Shown here piece by piece: positions 1-10,049 of a DNA stretch of 64,000 nucleotides. The notes beneath the pieces are model-generated. The model made no database searches and was not told the origin of the DNA. It saw only the letters and a list, made by a program, of their open reading frames with translations. The first letter of the stretch is position 1. Each line of letters starts with the position of its first letter. Position numbers and translations under genes: made by a program. Origin of the DNA: an uncultured Octadecabacter sp. (GTDB lineage Bacteria > Pseudomonadota > Alphaproteobacteria > Rhodobacterales > Rhodobacteraceae); assembly GCA_964406585.1 (NCBI GenBank), contig CAYOSK010000001.1, positions 5,191-69,190 of the forward strand, written 5' to 3'.

Positions 1-441
1 CAGGCGGCGCAGGAAACTGGGCTACCATTGATCATCCACAATCGCGCCTCAGATGATGATATGAAGGAAATTCTGTCAGACGCGCATGCGCAAAAGCCGT
101 TTGATTGCGTGATGCATTGTTTTTCAAGCAGCGCAAAGTTGGCTCGGGTCGCGATTGATCTTGGTTTTTATCTATCTATGTCCGGGATCGCGGCGTTTCC
201 GAAATCACAAGAACTGCGCGATATTTTTGCCGCTGCCCCCGTTGAACGGATTTTGGTGGAAACAGACAGCCCCTATCTTGCACCACCGCCCCATCGCGGC
301 AAACGCAACGAACCCGCCTATACCGCCCATACAGCCCGCATCGGGGCGCAAACATTTGGAATGGACTACGAAGACTTTGCTGCGCAGACCACTGCGAATT
401 TTGATCGTCTTTTTGTCAAAGCCGCCGCGTGGCGCCCATGA
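1..441 (+). CDS. tatD: TatD family hydrolase (5' truncated by window edge)
   Basis: Frame open from base 1 (QAAQETGLPLIIHNR). Motifs MHCFS, LVETDSPYLAPPPHRGKRNEP and TTANFDRLF are typical of TatD. Confidence 0.9.
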   Translation, partial: QAAQETGLPLIIHNRASDDDMKEILSDAHAQKPFDCVMHCFSSSAKLARVAIDLGFYLSMSGIAAFPKSQELRDIFAAAPVERILVETDSPYLAPPPHRGKRNEPAYTAHTARIGAQTFGMDYEDFAAQTTANFDRLFVKAAAWRP

Positions 442-1232
442 CACTGAGTTTTCGTATCCTTGGATGTGGATCCAGCGGCGGCGTGCCGCGTTTGGGCGGG
501 CATTGGGGCGCGTGTGACCCGACCAATCCCAAGAACATTCGCAAACGCTGTTCGTTGCTCGTAACGCGCACCGGCCCGAACGGGGTCACCCGCGTGCTGA
601 TCGACACTTCGCCCGACTTGCGTCAGCAACTTTTGGATGCCGAAATTGGCGAACTTGATGCGGTGCTGTTCACCCATGCCCATGCAGATCACGTCCACGG
701 GTTAGATGATATTCGGATGATCGTCTTCAACATGCGTCAACGCCTGCCGGTTTGGGCGGACGGAGATACATCCAATCAGCTTCTCGCGCGGTTTGGCTAT
801 GCCTTTGTGCAACCAGCCGGGTCTGCCTACCCACCGATCTGTGATCTGAATACGATCAACGGCGATGTCACCATCGATGGCGCCGGCGGCCCTATCACAT
901 TCACCCCGTTTGAGGTCGCCCACGGGACAATTGACGCGCTTGGCTTTCGTATTGGGGACGTTGCCTATTTGCCGGATGTGTCCGACATTCCCGACGCGGT
1001 CTGGCCGCTTCTTGAAAATCTCGAGCTGTGGATCGTGGATGCGTTGCGCCGTGATCCGCACCCAACCCATGCGCACCTTGCAAAAACCCTTGGCTGGATC
1101 GAAACCATGCAACCCAAGCGCGCGGTGTTGACCAATATGCACATTGATTTGGACTACGCGACGCTGGCCGCAGAGACCCCCGATCATATTGAACCCGCCT
1201 ATGACGGGCTGACGTTGACCTTTGATGGATAA
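438..1232 (+). CDS. MBL-fold metallo-hydrolase (PhnP/YycJ-like)
   Basis: LGCGSSGGVP N-terminus, THAHADHVHG (HxHxDH) and HPTH motifs. ATG overlaps the tatD stop (ATGA). Confidence 0.9.
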   Translation: MTLSFRILGCGSSGGVPRLGGHWGACDPTNPKNIRKRCSLLVTRTGPNGVTRVLIDTSPDLRQQLLDAEIGELDAVLFTHAHADHVHGLDDIRMIVFNMRQRLPVWADGDTSNQLLARFGYAFVQPAGSAYPPICDLNTINGDVTIDGAGGPITFTPFEVAHGTIDALGFRIGDVAYLPDVSDIPDAVWPLLENLELWIVDALRRDPHPTHAHLAKTLGWIETMQPKRAVLTNMHIDLDYATLAAETPDHIEPAYDGLTLTFDG

Positions 1233-1274
1233 CCCATTCACAGGCATCACCTTTGCCGCATATGCCCCGCCAAA

Positions 1275-2204
1275 ATGAGCGATATCCTGACGATCATTTT
1301 GCCAGTCTTTATCGTTTTGGCCTTTGGTTATTCGGCCGTTTGGCGTGGCCTGTTTAGCAACGATCATGTCGACGGACTGATGCAGTTTGTACAAACCTTT
1401 GCAATTCCTTTGCTGCTGTTTCGCGCGATATCAACGCTCGATCTGGGCCAAAATTTCGACGCCCCCCTACTGATCAGCTTTTATGCGGGCGTTGTGGCCG
1501 CGTTTTCGCTTGGGCTTTTGGGTGCGCGGGTCTTGTTTGCGCGTCCTTGGGAAGACTGTGTTGCGATCGCCTTTGCTTGTTTGTTTTCAAACACACTCCT
1601 GCTTGGATTGCCGATCACCGAACGTGCCTTTGGCCCGGACGCCTTACTTGGAAACTACACAATCATCGCGATCCATGCGCCGTTTGGTTACATGTTAGGG
1701 ATCACTGCGATGGAACTGGCCCGCGCACAAAACGCGCCGCTGCGCAGCCTTCCCCGAAAAGTTGTTAAGGCGATGTTTTCCAATGCTTTGGTTGTCGGGA
1801 TCACGCTTGGCATAATCGTCAACTTGGCCAACATCCCCTTGCCGTTGGTGTTCACGGACGCGGTGGATTTGATGGTTCGCGCCGCGCTCCCTGCGGCGTT
1901 GTTTGGTTTGGGCGGGGTGCTGTATCGTTACCGGCCCGAAGGTGATATGCGCACGATATTGTACATTTGCACGCTATCGCTGGGCGTTCATCCAGCGATT
2001 GTTTGGACATTGGGCCACAGTTTTGAATTATCCACTGATGCATTACGCTCTGCTGTTGTTACCGCATCAGTTGCACCGGGGATCAACGCCTATGTCTTTG
2101 CAAATATGTACGGGGTTGCAAAACGGGTCGCTGCATCGTCTGTGTTGGTCGGGACCGCATTATCGATCGCAACATCTGCGTTTTGGATCACCGTGTTGCC
2201 CTAG
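1275..2204 (+). CDS. AEC (auxin efflux carrier) family transporter
   Basis: About 10 hydrophobic segments with FAIPLLLF, SNTLLLGLP and PGINAYVFA motifs. Usual position after tatD-MBL. Confidence 0.85.
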   Translation: MSDILTIILPVFIVLAFGYSAVWRGLFSNDHVDGLMQFVQTFAIPLLLFRAISTLDLGQNFDAPLLISFYAGVVAAFSLGLLGARVLFARPWEDCVAIAFACLFSNTLLLGLPITERAFGPDALLGNYTIIAIHAPFGYMLGITAMELARAQNAPLRSLPRKVVKAMFSNALVVGITLGIIVNLANIPLPLVFTDAVDLMVRAALPAALFGLGGVLYRYRPEGDMRTILYICTLSLGVHPAIVWTLGHSFELSTDALRSAVVTASVAPGINAYVFANMYGVAKRVAASSVLVGTALSIATSAFWITVLP

Positions 2205-2260
2205 GTGTTAACCCGAACAAAGCGGCTCGCATGGATCGCTAAAATCTGCCAGTTTAGCGC

Positions 2261-2674
2261 ATGACCTGTATTTTCTGTTCAATCATTGCCGGGCAATCGA
2301 CTGGGCATGTTCTATTTCGAAACGAACGCCTCATCGCCTTTCTGTCGCTTGAGGGACATCCCTTGATTGCTCCTGTGAACCATGTTGAGGGTCTTGAAGG
2401 CATAGAGGATGAGACCCTAGCGGACATTTCCTTATGTGCAAAACGGATTGCGACAGCAGTGCGTTCGGCAACCGGATGTGATGGAATAAACCTCGTCCTG
2501 TCCGACGGACGGGCCGCAGGACAAGATGTTTTTCATGTGCACCTACATGTGAAACCACGTTGGGTCAGTGATGACGTGAAACTCACTTGGAACACCGCAA
2601 CACTTCCTGAGAATGATCGAACATCCCTTGCAGAAGACATCCGAAAACACATGCTCGATGTGTCGACGGATTGA
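2261..2674 (+). CDS. HIT family hydrolase
   Basis: N-terminal CIFC and AGQDVFHVHLHVKPR histidine triad. Confidence 0.9.
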   Translation: MTCIFCSIIAGQSTGHVLFRNERLIAFLSLEGHPLIAPVNHVEGLEGIEDETLADISLCAKRIATAVRSATGCDGINLVLSDGRAAGQDVFHVHLHVKPRWVSDDVKLTWNTATLPENDRTSLAEDIRKHMLDVSTD

Positions 2675-2930
2675 GTTTGGATTTTCCTAACAGGGACTCC
2701 AGATCACTAAAGCGCCCCATCGTGTCTTGGGGTCTTTGTATAGCTGCGCAGGATGTCATCGCGCGAATTGTCGAAGGTGCGTTGTCCTAAGCAGGGGACA
2801 AGCCACCGAAAGGTGAACAGCGAAGCGCCCGAATTAACTAGGCTTTGGGGGGGTACTATGTCATGTTAACGATTATATTTTTTCGAGTTTAACCTTGTTC
2901 GGCCCACACTTTGCTTAGGTAGATTTCAAA

Positions 2931-4110
2931 TTGTCTAGTCTTACCATTTTTGACACTGCGGACCTCTATTCGTGGACTGAAAGAACATCAGAATTTGACG
3001 CAAACGGCTTTTTGATCAGCCAAACGACGACCTATGATAACGGGCGTGTTCGTACCGCAACGGTGGTTGACGGTGTCACGACGGCGGTCGCGCTCAGTGA
3101 TCCGTCAAACGCGACCGCTTGGACAACGATTACATCGACCTACAGCGCCATCACAGGGGTCGAACTCAGCCAGTTGCGCATTATGGATGACGGGCGCAGT
3201 GTTTCGATGACCTTCACGGACGGTGTGCTCGCGACACGTGAAACCACTGACACAGGCGATGCCTTCAACTGGGCGAGCAAAACGCAAACCTTCGATGCCC
3301 AAGGGCGTTTGGCGACGTCACAGGTGACCCAAGATGACGGGCGCACCGCACAAACAGTTTTTGTTGATGGTGTGCGGACGATGCGCACAGTAACGGACGC
3401 GGACGACGCCTATAACTGGTCGTCGAAAGTGTCAGTCTGGGACGCGGCCACGGGGGAGATTTTGACGGTCACGACGACCTATGATGACACATCCGTTGTC
3501 GTTGTCACCGGTCCCGAACTCGGTCCTTTGGGGCTGTCCGTCACGATCTTGGACACGGCCAACACGTACAGCTGGGCCAGTCGCCAAACCGCATATGACG
3601 GCACCGGTATCATCGATCAAGAAACGCTTGTTTATGATGATGGACGGATCAGCGTCACCGACTATGCAAATGGCGTACGAAGTGAAACCAACATCGAAGA
3701 CGTCACCGATGCAAAGACGTGGGACACAACGACTGTTGCCTATGACAGCGCGGGTCAAATCATCAGTCGCAATGTTGTGTTTGATGATGGACGGGCGTTG
3801 GAAACAACCTACCAGAACGGTGTGCTTGCATCGCAAACGGCGTCTGATCTGCTCAATGCCCATACATGGGATACAAAAACGACCAGCTTTGATGCCAACG
3901 GGCGCATCGCGTCCAAATTGGTGACGCGTGATGATGGGACGACTGCTCAAAGCACCTTCTTGGATGGCGTGGTGCAAACACGTTTGCTTCTTGACGTACT
4001 GGATGCCCGCGATTGGTCGCGGATCGAAAAGGTCTATGACAGTGTCAGCGGTGCGCTAATCTACGTGGATCAGACCCTCGATACGGGCGTGCGAACCTTC
4101 AATGACGTAC
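2931..4110 (+). repeat. Eight ~49-aa tandem protein repeats (D..D...W......D..G.......DDGR......DG) in two blocks of four
   Basis: Visible in the translation, e.g. DTGDAFNWASKTQTFDAQGRLATSQVTQDDGRT vs DLLNAHTWDTKTTSFDANGRIASKLVTRDDGTT. Confidence 0.8.
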
Positions 4111-7100
4111 GCGGCCTTGCGATTGTCACAGGCGGCATACAAGACACTGTGGGCGAAGATGCGGCAACTTTGCTGACAGCGGCGGGCGCTATCAGTTTGG
4201 TCGCGGAATATCGCGGCTCGGCGGATTTTGTGGCGCAAACCATCGCAGGCACGAACGGATACGGCACCTTTACCCTAGCTGCGGATGGCACCTGGACCTA
4301 CGCCGCGCTAAATGCGCAGACCGATATTCAGGCGTTGGATGTAGGTGAAACACTGACCGACAGCTTTACCGCCGTGACCACGGACGGTGTTGAAACCGCT
4401 GTCACAGTAACAATCGAAGGGCGCACGGACGCCAACCCAGTGTTTGTCGGGAACACGACGCTTGTGATGGGCAGCGCGGGCAATCAAGTCACCGCAGCCT
4501 CCGTGCTGGATGTGCTGGCCCTGTTCACCAACGACAACAATCCGTTTTCATTTGGCGGCATGACAACCACGGGGCCGTTTGCGGCAAACCTTGGCGCGGG
4601 CACGGTCACGTTTGCGGATTTCACCAATGTCTTTCAGGCAGGCGACTACGCTGTCGAACTGCTGATGGAGAACGACGATACCTCGGGCAGCGTCACCCAA
4701 ACCGTCACGATTGCCGTCGGCATGAACCACGACTTTGGGGATGATTATGACGGGTCTGTCCTTCCCAATCTGTCCACAATCAACGCATCAAGCGCGCGGG
4801 ACATTGCCATCTTTGGCGAAGACGCAACAAACCTGTCTCTGAATACGTTTGCCGGCGACGACGTCGTGACATTCGGGAGTTTTGCCGCTGGCTCAAGCGG
4901 TAACGTCAGTGTCGACACGGCGGACGGCGACGACACGATTACCTTTGGCGATTACACTGGACACAATGGTGGATCCATCATCGTGAATGGCGGTCTTGGG
5001 GTAGACAGGATCACCATTGGAACCATTGGGTTCGACGCGGGCTTTTCCGTCGATGGTGGTGAAGGCGCTGACATTTTGACATTTGGCAGTGCAACATCCA
5101 GTCGCAGGATGGCAGCCGTCGTCAGTGGAGGCACCGGAGACGATACCCTCACCTTTGGTGACGAATTTGGCCGAACCGCGGTTACGTCAATCTCTGGTGA
5201 TGATGGCAACGATACCCTCACCTTTGGAAGTTCGACTGGTTTTGGATCAGGCGATTTTGATGTGACAGGTGGGGACGGTGACGACACGATCACCTTTGGC
5301 GCAGGCGCGGGTATATCCGCGGGAAACTTCGATGTTTTCGGCGGTGCCGGCCATGACGACATTACCTTTGGCGACGATGTCGGGCGCAACGGTTCCGGCT
5401 TGAGAGTTGACGGTGGCAGTGGCAACAACACCATCACCTTTGGCGACACAACATCAGGCAATAGCAGGATCGAAATCACAACGGGCGGCGGTGATGATAT
5501 CATCGTCACCGGTGACGGTGGGGGTAGGAACCGGATCAATTACGTGATCGACACAGGCGATGGCACAAATTCTGTCACAATCGGCAACAACCAAGAGCAA
5601 TTAAGCGTCACCGGCGGGTCCGGCGCGGATACCATCACCGTTGGGTCAAACTTGAGCAGTAAAACCCATGTCGCAGTCATCGATGGTGGCGACGGCAACG
5701 ACGTTATCTCGATCGGGGAAGATTCTGATTTCCTGTCGCTTTCGGGCGGTGCGGGTGACGATGTGATAAGTGTTGGAAACAGATCATCTACCCAGACAAC
5801 TGGCAGCCAATATTCAATCGTTTCAGCTGGCATCGGCGCGGATACGATTACAATCGGGTCGACAGGTGTCACCCAAATTAATCTTGGCCAAGACACCGAC
5901 CAAGACAGTTTGACGTTCGAAGGCACGTTTACAGCGGTTTCCGTCTATGACTGGACGACAGATGATGCGCCGATCTCTTTTTCCGCCCCGCCAGCAGGGT
6001 TCTGGGAAATTGGGACCCCCTCTTCGCCAGGTTTCCCATCCGGTGGTACAAGCGCGGATTTGATCCTGACAAACGGGTACAACAAGATCGTTGTTCAGAA
6101 CGCTGCGGGTGTTGATCTGAATGATGTTGTGTCGGGGCTGAATCTGAACTTCGCGCCCGAATTTATCGGCGCACCTTCGGCCCTGCTGGGCAACGTGGGC
6201 AACAGGCCGACGTCTGTTACCGCGCTGGACCTAAGCACTCTGTTTTCTGACGATCGCGACGCGACGCTGACCTATTCTATCGACGCTACACCACCCGGTT
6301 TCACGTTTGATGGCACAACCTTCACGGTGACAGACCCCAATAGCCTTGCCGCCGTTGGTGATCACATAGTCAACGTGACTGCGACAGACAGCCAAGGGCT
6401 GAGCGTGACGGAAGCGATTACCCTAACCGTCGCGATGAACCACAGCTTCCCGACCGCATTCGGCGTATTGTCAGTTACCGGGTCGAGCGCGGCAGATACG
6501 GTTTATTACACCGGGTCCATCACAGGCAAACAAGCGAACGTTTCGCTCGGCGCGGGCAATGATGTCTTTTCTGCCATCGCATTTGCCGCCGCTTACAGTG
6601 GATCGTTCAATATCGCAGGCGACGCAGGCGAGGACTACATCGGGTTCGGCGACCGCGCGGCCCTTTCCGAAGGTTTGGTCCAGGCGACTGGCGGTGACGA
6701 CAATGACACAATCCTCTTTGGAAATTTTGCGGCATATTCCTTCGGTGAAATTCTTGCTGACGGCGGCGCAGGCAATGACACAATTACCTTTGGAACATAT
6801 GCGGGCGACCTTGATGGCACCGTCACGGTCCTCGGCGGCACCGGTGATGACATCATCACCTTTGGGTCGAACGCGGGCAACGACCGCGGCGCAATCACCA
6901 TAGACGGCGGGGCCGGTGCGGACACAATCAACCTCGGCCTGATTGCACAGAATCTAACGATTGATCTGGGCGCCGATACCGATGTTGACCGTATCACAGC
7001 GCTTTCGGCGGGCTACAATTGGACCATCACCAATTGGGTCCAAGGTATTGATATAATTACAATAAATGAAGCCTCGTTTGAGTTATGGCATGCGGTTGAT

Positions 7101-9860
7101 GTGGCCGGAGACAAGGTTTTCAACACCCTCAACAACACCGGAAACTTTACGGTCGTCGGGGCCGCAGGCGTTGCGGCCGCAGACATTGTAGCGGGGTTTA
7201 ACTACAACAGCGCGCCCACATTTACTGGCAACGCAACCTTGGGCAATGGCGCAGTCGGGTCCGGCGGAATGGCCTACAGCCAAGACCTGACAGGCCTGTT
7301 TTCGGATGTGAACACCGCTGTTGGCGACGCCATCACGCTGACCACCCCGACCACCCTGCCCGCTGGGATGACATTCTTAAATGGCCTGCTAGAGGTCACA
7401 AATACTGTTGGCTTGGGCGGTGATTATACCATCACCATCACTGCAACGGATCAGTTGGGCGCCAGCACGGCCCAAGACGTGACCCTCGCGCTGGCCGTAA
7501 ACCACGATTTCGGCACCTTGCACGATGTGTATTATGGCGGTGAAGCCTACACAGGGTCCAGCATCGACGACACGATCACCGTGGGTAATTCGACCTTGGA
7601 AGGCGCATTTTTCAGCGTCACCACCGGGGCGGGCGCGGATACCATCACCGCTGGCACCAATGCAGGTACGAACTTCGGTGGCGCAGAAATATATGCTGGC
7701 ACTGGTGGCGATAACATCACCTTCGGAACGGGTGTGGGCTTTGCTAGTATTGATCTGGGCGCAGACACAGATGCCGACACGCTGACCTTTGACGGCACCG
7801 TTTTTGGCGCAACCATCACCAATTGGGTGCAGGGCGACGATGCGATTGTCTTTGCCAATGCAACAGGGGTTTGGACGGCGGCGGATGTGGCGGGCAACAA
7901 GGTCTTTACCAGCGACAACTTCCAGTCCTTTACGGTTGTTGGCGCCGCAGGTGTCGCCGCCGCTGACATTGCCACGGGGATAAGTTTGCAGGCCGCGCCG
8001 ACCTATATTGGCGGGGCAGACCCGCTTGCCGGTGCCACTGTTGGAAACCAGTCCACCACGTTCCCGTTTGACCTTACTACGTTGTTTGATGATGCAAACA
8101 TCCCGTTCGGTGACAGCCTGACGATCTCTGTGGATGGCGCTGTTGTGGCGGATGGCATTCTGGACATTTCATATAACGAAGTCGTCCACTCGGGTTTTTT
8201 CCGGGGCTTTGAGGGTTACTCGTTCTTGGTCACAGCCACCGACGAAAGCGGCGCCAGCGTTTCGCAGACCGTTGCGTTCGATGCCAGTTGGACCCACGCT
8301 TGGGAAGGTATTGAATTAAGTTTCGATCGTAACTTCGGAACGCAGGGTGACGATTTTATGGATGTGAGCGCGGTGCGTTTTTTCAATTCCTTTGATCCCA
8401 ACGGAGGTCGTTTCTACAGTAACTCCGGGTCCGATACCCTCGTGTTTGGGGATTCCGCATTTGAATTCTCATCTAGTCAATTTAGGTTTGAGGTGTTTGA
8501 TTTCGGCTACTTGTATAGGCAACCTGTGCCTGAACAGGCCATCGACGACGGCGATACCGTACTGATTGGTGACTTAACCCTTTCGGGGGGCCCCCGTTTT
8601 GCCTTTTCGTTCACGGACGACACGATCGAGTATGGCAGTGACGCCAGTGTTCCCGGCGTTTACATGGGTGACGGCAACGATACGGTCACCATTGGGGACA
8701 ATTCGGTCAGCAGTTTGATCGTTGCTGGCTTTGGCGCGGATACGATTACATTTGGCGATAATGCACAGAATGTGACCCTGTATCTAAACGACGAGATTGA
8801 CCTCGATCATGTAGTATTCCAGCCTGACCCGACCGACGGTGATGCGGATCAAATAATCTTTGATGGGAAGGTGTTGAATGCGTCGATAACCGGTTTTGAG
8901 GTGGGCATTGATACAATCGCATTCACCAATGCCACGGGTCTATGGACCGCGCAAAACGTCGGCGGCAACATGGCGTTCACCAGCAATGATGGCCAATCGT
9001 TCACGGTTGTGGGCGCAGGTACATCGGCCGCAGCGGACATCACAACCGGCTTGACCTATAACAGCGCGCCGACTTTCGTTGGGGCCTCAACAGCATTGGC
9101 AAATGGGGTCACGGGTTCAGAAAACGCGGCGACCTATGCGCAAGATTTGTCCGCCTTGTTCAGCGATGCAAATGGCGTTGCGGACACAGTGACGATAACA
9201 ACCTCGGCTTTGCCGTCTGGTTTCGCCCTGTCGAATAGCGTGTTGTCGATTTCCGATCCGAGCACTTATTTTGCCGCAGGGGATCATACGGTCACAGTCA
9301 CAGCGACAGACACGTCCAGCACAAGCATAAGTCAGGACATCACCCTGTCCGTTGCGATGGACCATAATTTTGGCGCATCGTTTGGGGCCAGCACCGGCAC
9401 GGTCACCTTCGTGAATGCGTCCGACCTTTCGGACGCGGCGATCTTTGGCGACTTCGCCGCGGCAAACGCGGCAAGTGCAGTGACGTTCAACGGCAAAGCG
9501 GGCGACGACGCGGTGACATTCGGGGCCAACGCCGCAGAATTCGGCGGCGCGGTTACCGTGAATGCAGGGACAGGCGCAGACACCGTTTCCTTTGGCAGCA
9601 ACGCAGGTATTTTCGGCGGCACGATCAACGTGGATCTCGGACCGGATGCAGACGCGGATACGTTGATCTTTATAGGTTCTGTTGAAAATACCACGGTTAG
9701 CAATTTTGAAGTCGGGGTTGATACAGTTGATGTTGTGGATCCGACAGCTTGGACAATAACGCTGGATGATGGCACGAACACGGCCCTAAGCGACGGGACC
9801 AGTGATCTGACCTTCATCGGAATCACAGGGGTGACGGACGTCAGTGACTTCCTGATCTAG
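2931..9860 (+). CDS. Giant repetitive surface/secreted protein (RTX-like Ca-binding repeats, VCBS domain, Ig/cadherin-like modules), probable T1SS adhesin
   Basis: 2309-aa ORF with TTG start, no signal peptide, rich in Gly/Asp/Thr. Many GGxGxDxxxFG repeats, a VCBS-like GTFTLAADGTWTY..GETLTDSFT, repeated (V/I)TATD Ig-like units and a C-terminal DFLI. Confidence 0.85.
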   Translation: MSSLTIFDTADLYSWTERTSEFDANGFLISQTTTYDNGRVRTATVVDGVTTAVALSDPSNATAWTTITSTYSAITGVELSQLRIMDDGRSVSMTFTDGVLATRETTDTGDAFNWASKTQTFDAQGRLATSQVTQDDGRTAQTVFVDGVRTMRTVTDADDAYNWSSKVSVWDAATGEILTVTTTYDDTSVVVVTGPELGPLGLSVTILDTANTYSWASRQTAYDGTGIIDQETLVYDDGRISVTDYANGVRSETNIEDVTDAKTWDTTTVAYDSAGQIISRNVVFDDGRALETTYQNGVLASQTASDLLNAHTWDTKTTSFDANGRIASKLVTRDDGTTAQSTFLDGVVQTRLLLDVLDARDWSRIEKVYDSVSGALIYVDQTLDTGVRTFNDVRGLAIVTGGIQDTVGEDAATLLTAAGAISLVAEYRGSADFVAQTIAGTNGYGTFTLAADGTWTYAALNAQTDIQALDVGETLTDSFTAVTTDGVETAVTVTIEGRTDANPVFVGNTTLVMGSAGNQVTAASVLDVLALFTNDNNPFSFGGMTTTGPFAANLGAGTVTFADFTNVFQAGDYAVELLMENDDTSGSVTQTVTIAVGMNHDFGDDYDGSVLPNLSTINASSARDIAIFGEDATNLSLNTFAGDDVVTFGSFAAGSSGNVSVDTADGDDTITFGDYTGHNGGSIIVNGGLGVDRITIGTIGFDAGFSVDGGEGADILTFGSATSSRRMAAVVSGGTGDDTLTFGDEFGRTAVTSISGDDGNDTLTFGSSTGFGSGDFDVTGGDGDDTITFGAGAGISAGNFDVFGGAGHDDITFGDDVGRNGSGLRVDGGSGNNTITFGDTTSGNSRIEITTGGGDDIIVTGDGGGRNRINYVIDTGDGTNSVTIGNNQEQLSVTGGSGADTITVGSNLSSKTHVAVIDGGDGNDVISIGEDSDFLSLSGGAGDDVISVGNRSSTQTTGSQYSIVSAGIGADTITIGSTGVTQINLGQDTDQDSLTFEGTFTAVSVYDWTTDDAPISFSAPPAGFWEIGTPSSPGFPSGGTSADLILTNGYNKIVVQNAAGVDLNDVVSGLNLNFAPEFIGAPSALLGNVGNRPTSVTALDLSTLFSDDRDATLTYSIDATPPGFTFDGTTFTVTDPNSLAAVGDHIVNVTATDSQGLSVTEAITLTVAMNHSFPTAFGVLSVTGSSAADTVYYTGSITGKQANVSLGAGNDVFSAIAFAAAYSGSFNIAGDAGEDYIGFGDRAALSEGLVQATGGDDNDTILFGNFAAYSFGEILADGGAGNDTITFGTYAGDLDGTVTVLGGTGDDIITFGSNAGNDRGAITIDGGAGADTINLGLIAQNLTIDLGADTDVDRITALSAGYNWTITNWVQGIDIITINEASFELWHAVDVAGDKVFNTLNNTGNFTVVGAAGVAAADIVAGFNYNSAPTFTGNATLGNGAVGSGGMAYSQDLTGLFSDVNTAVGDAITLTTPTTLPAGMTFLNGLLEVTNTVGLGGDYTITITATDQLGASTAQDVTLALAVNHDFGTLHDVYYGGEAYTGSSIDDTITVGNSTLEGAFFSVTTGAGADTITAGTNAGTNFGGAEIYAGTGGDNITFGTGVGFASIDLGADTDADTLTFDGTVFGATITNWVQGDDAIVFANATGVWTAADVAGNKVFTSDNFQSFTVVGAAGVAAADIATGISLQAAPTYIGGADPLAGATVGNQSTTFPFDLTTLFDDANIPFGDSLTISVDGAVVADGILDISYNEVVHSGFFRGFEGYSFLVTATDESGASVSQTVAFDASWTHAWEGIELSFDRNFGTQGDDFMDVSAVRFFNSFDPNGGRFYSNSGSDTLVFGDSAFEFSSSQFRFEVFDFGYLYRQPVPEQAIDDGDTVLIGDLTLSGGPRFAFSFTDDTIEYGSDASVPGVYMGDGNDTVTIGDNSVSSLIVAGFGADTITFGDNAQNVTLYLNDEIDLDHVVFQPDPTDGDADQIIFDGKVLNASITGFEVGIDTIAFTNATGLWTAQNVGGNMAFTSNDGQSFTVVGAGTSAAADITTGLTYNSAPTFVGASTALANGVTGSENAATYAQDLSALFSDANGVADTVTITTSALPSGFALSNSVLSISDPSTYFAAGDHTVTVTATDTSSTSISQDITLSVAMDHNFGASFGASTGTVTFVNASDLSDAAIFGDFAAANAASAVTFNGKAGDDAVTFGANAAEFGGAVTVNAGTGADTVSFGSNAGIFGGTINVDLGPDADADTLIFIGSVENTTVSNFEVGVDTVDVVDPTAWTITLDDGTNTALSDGTSDLTFIGITGVTDVSDFLI

Positions 9861-10049
9861 CACGACGGGGCGAAACGGCTATGTGCCCGGGTTTTTGGTT
9901 CACAAGAACGCGCGCTGACAAATCAAAGGTTTTGAGCTCGCTTGGTATTTCTAACCAAATTGAACAAACCCTCTCAGGGGATGAAAAGGGGGTCAGCAAA
10001 CCTCATTCGCTGCTATGCCATTTAGACGTATATAAAATATCTGAAACTA

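Noticed and set aside
2830-2895. Three TTAAC half-sites upstream of the adhesin as a CtrA box
   Set aside because: None has the TTAA-N7-TTAA spacing, and the AT-rich context can explain them.
2205-2930. attL-like duplicate of the tRNA-Leu 3' end
   Set aside because: Only GGTGCG (about 2776) matches, too short to call. No integrase is present.
4745-9826. Many Pro/Ser/Val-rich minus-strand ORFs
   Set aside because: They are shadow ORFs produced by the Gly/Asp/Thr codon bias of the adhesin.
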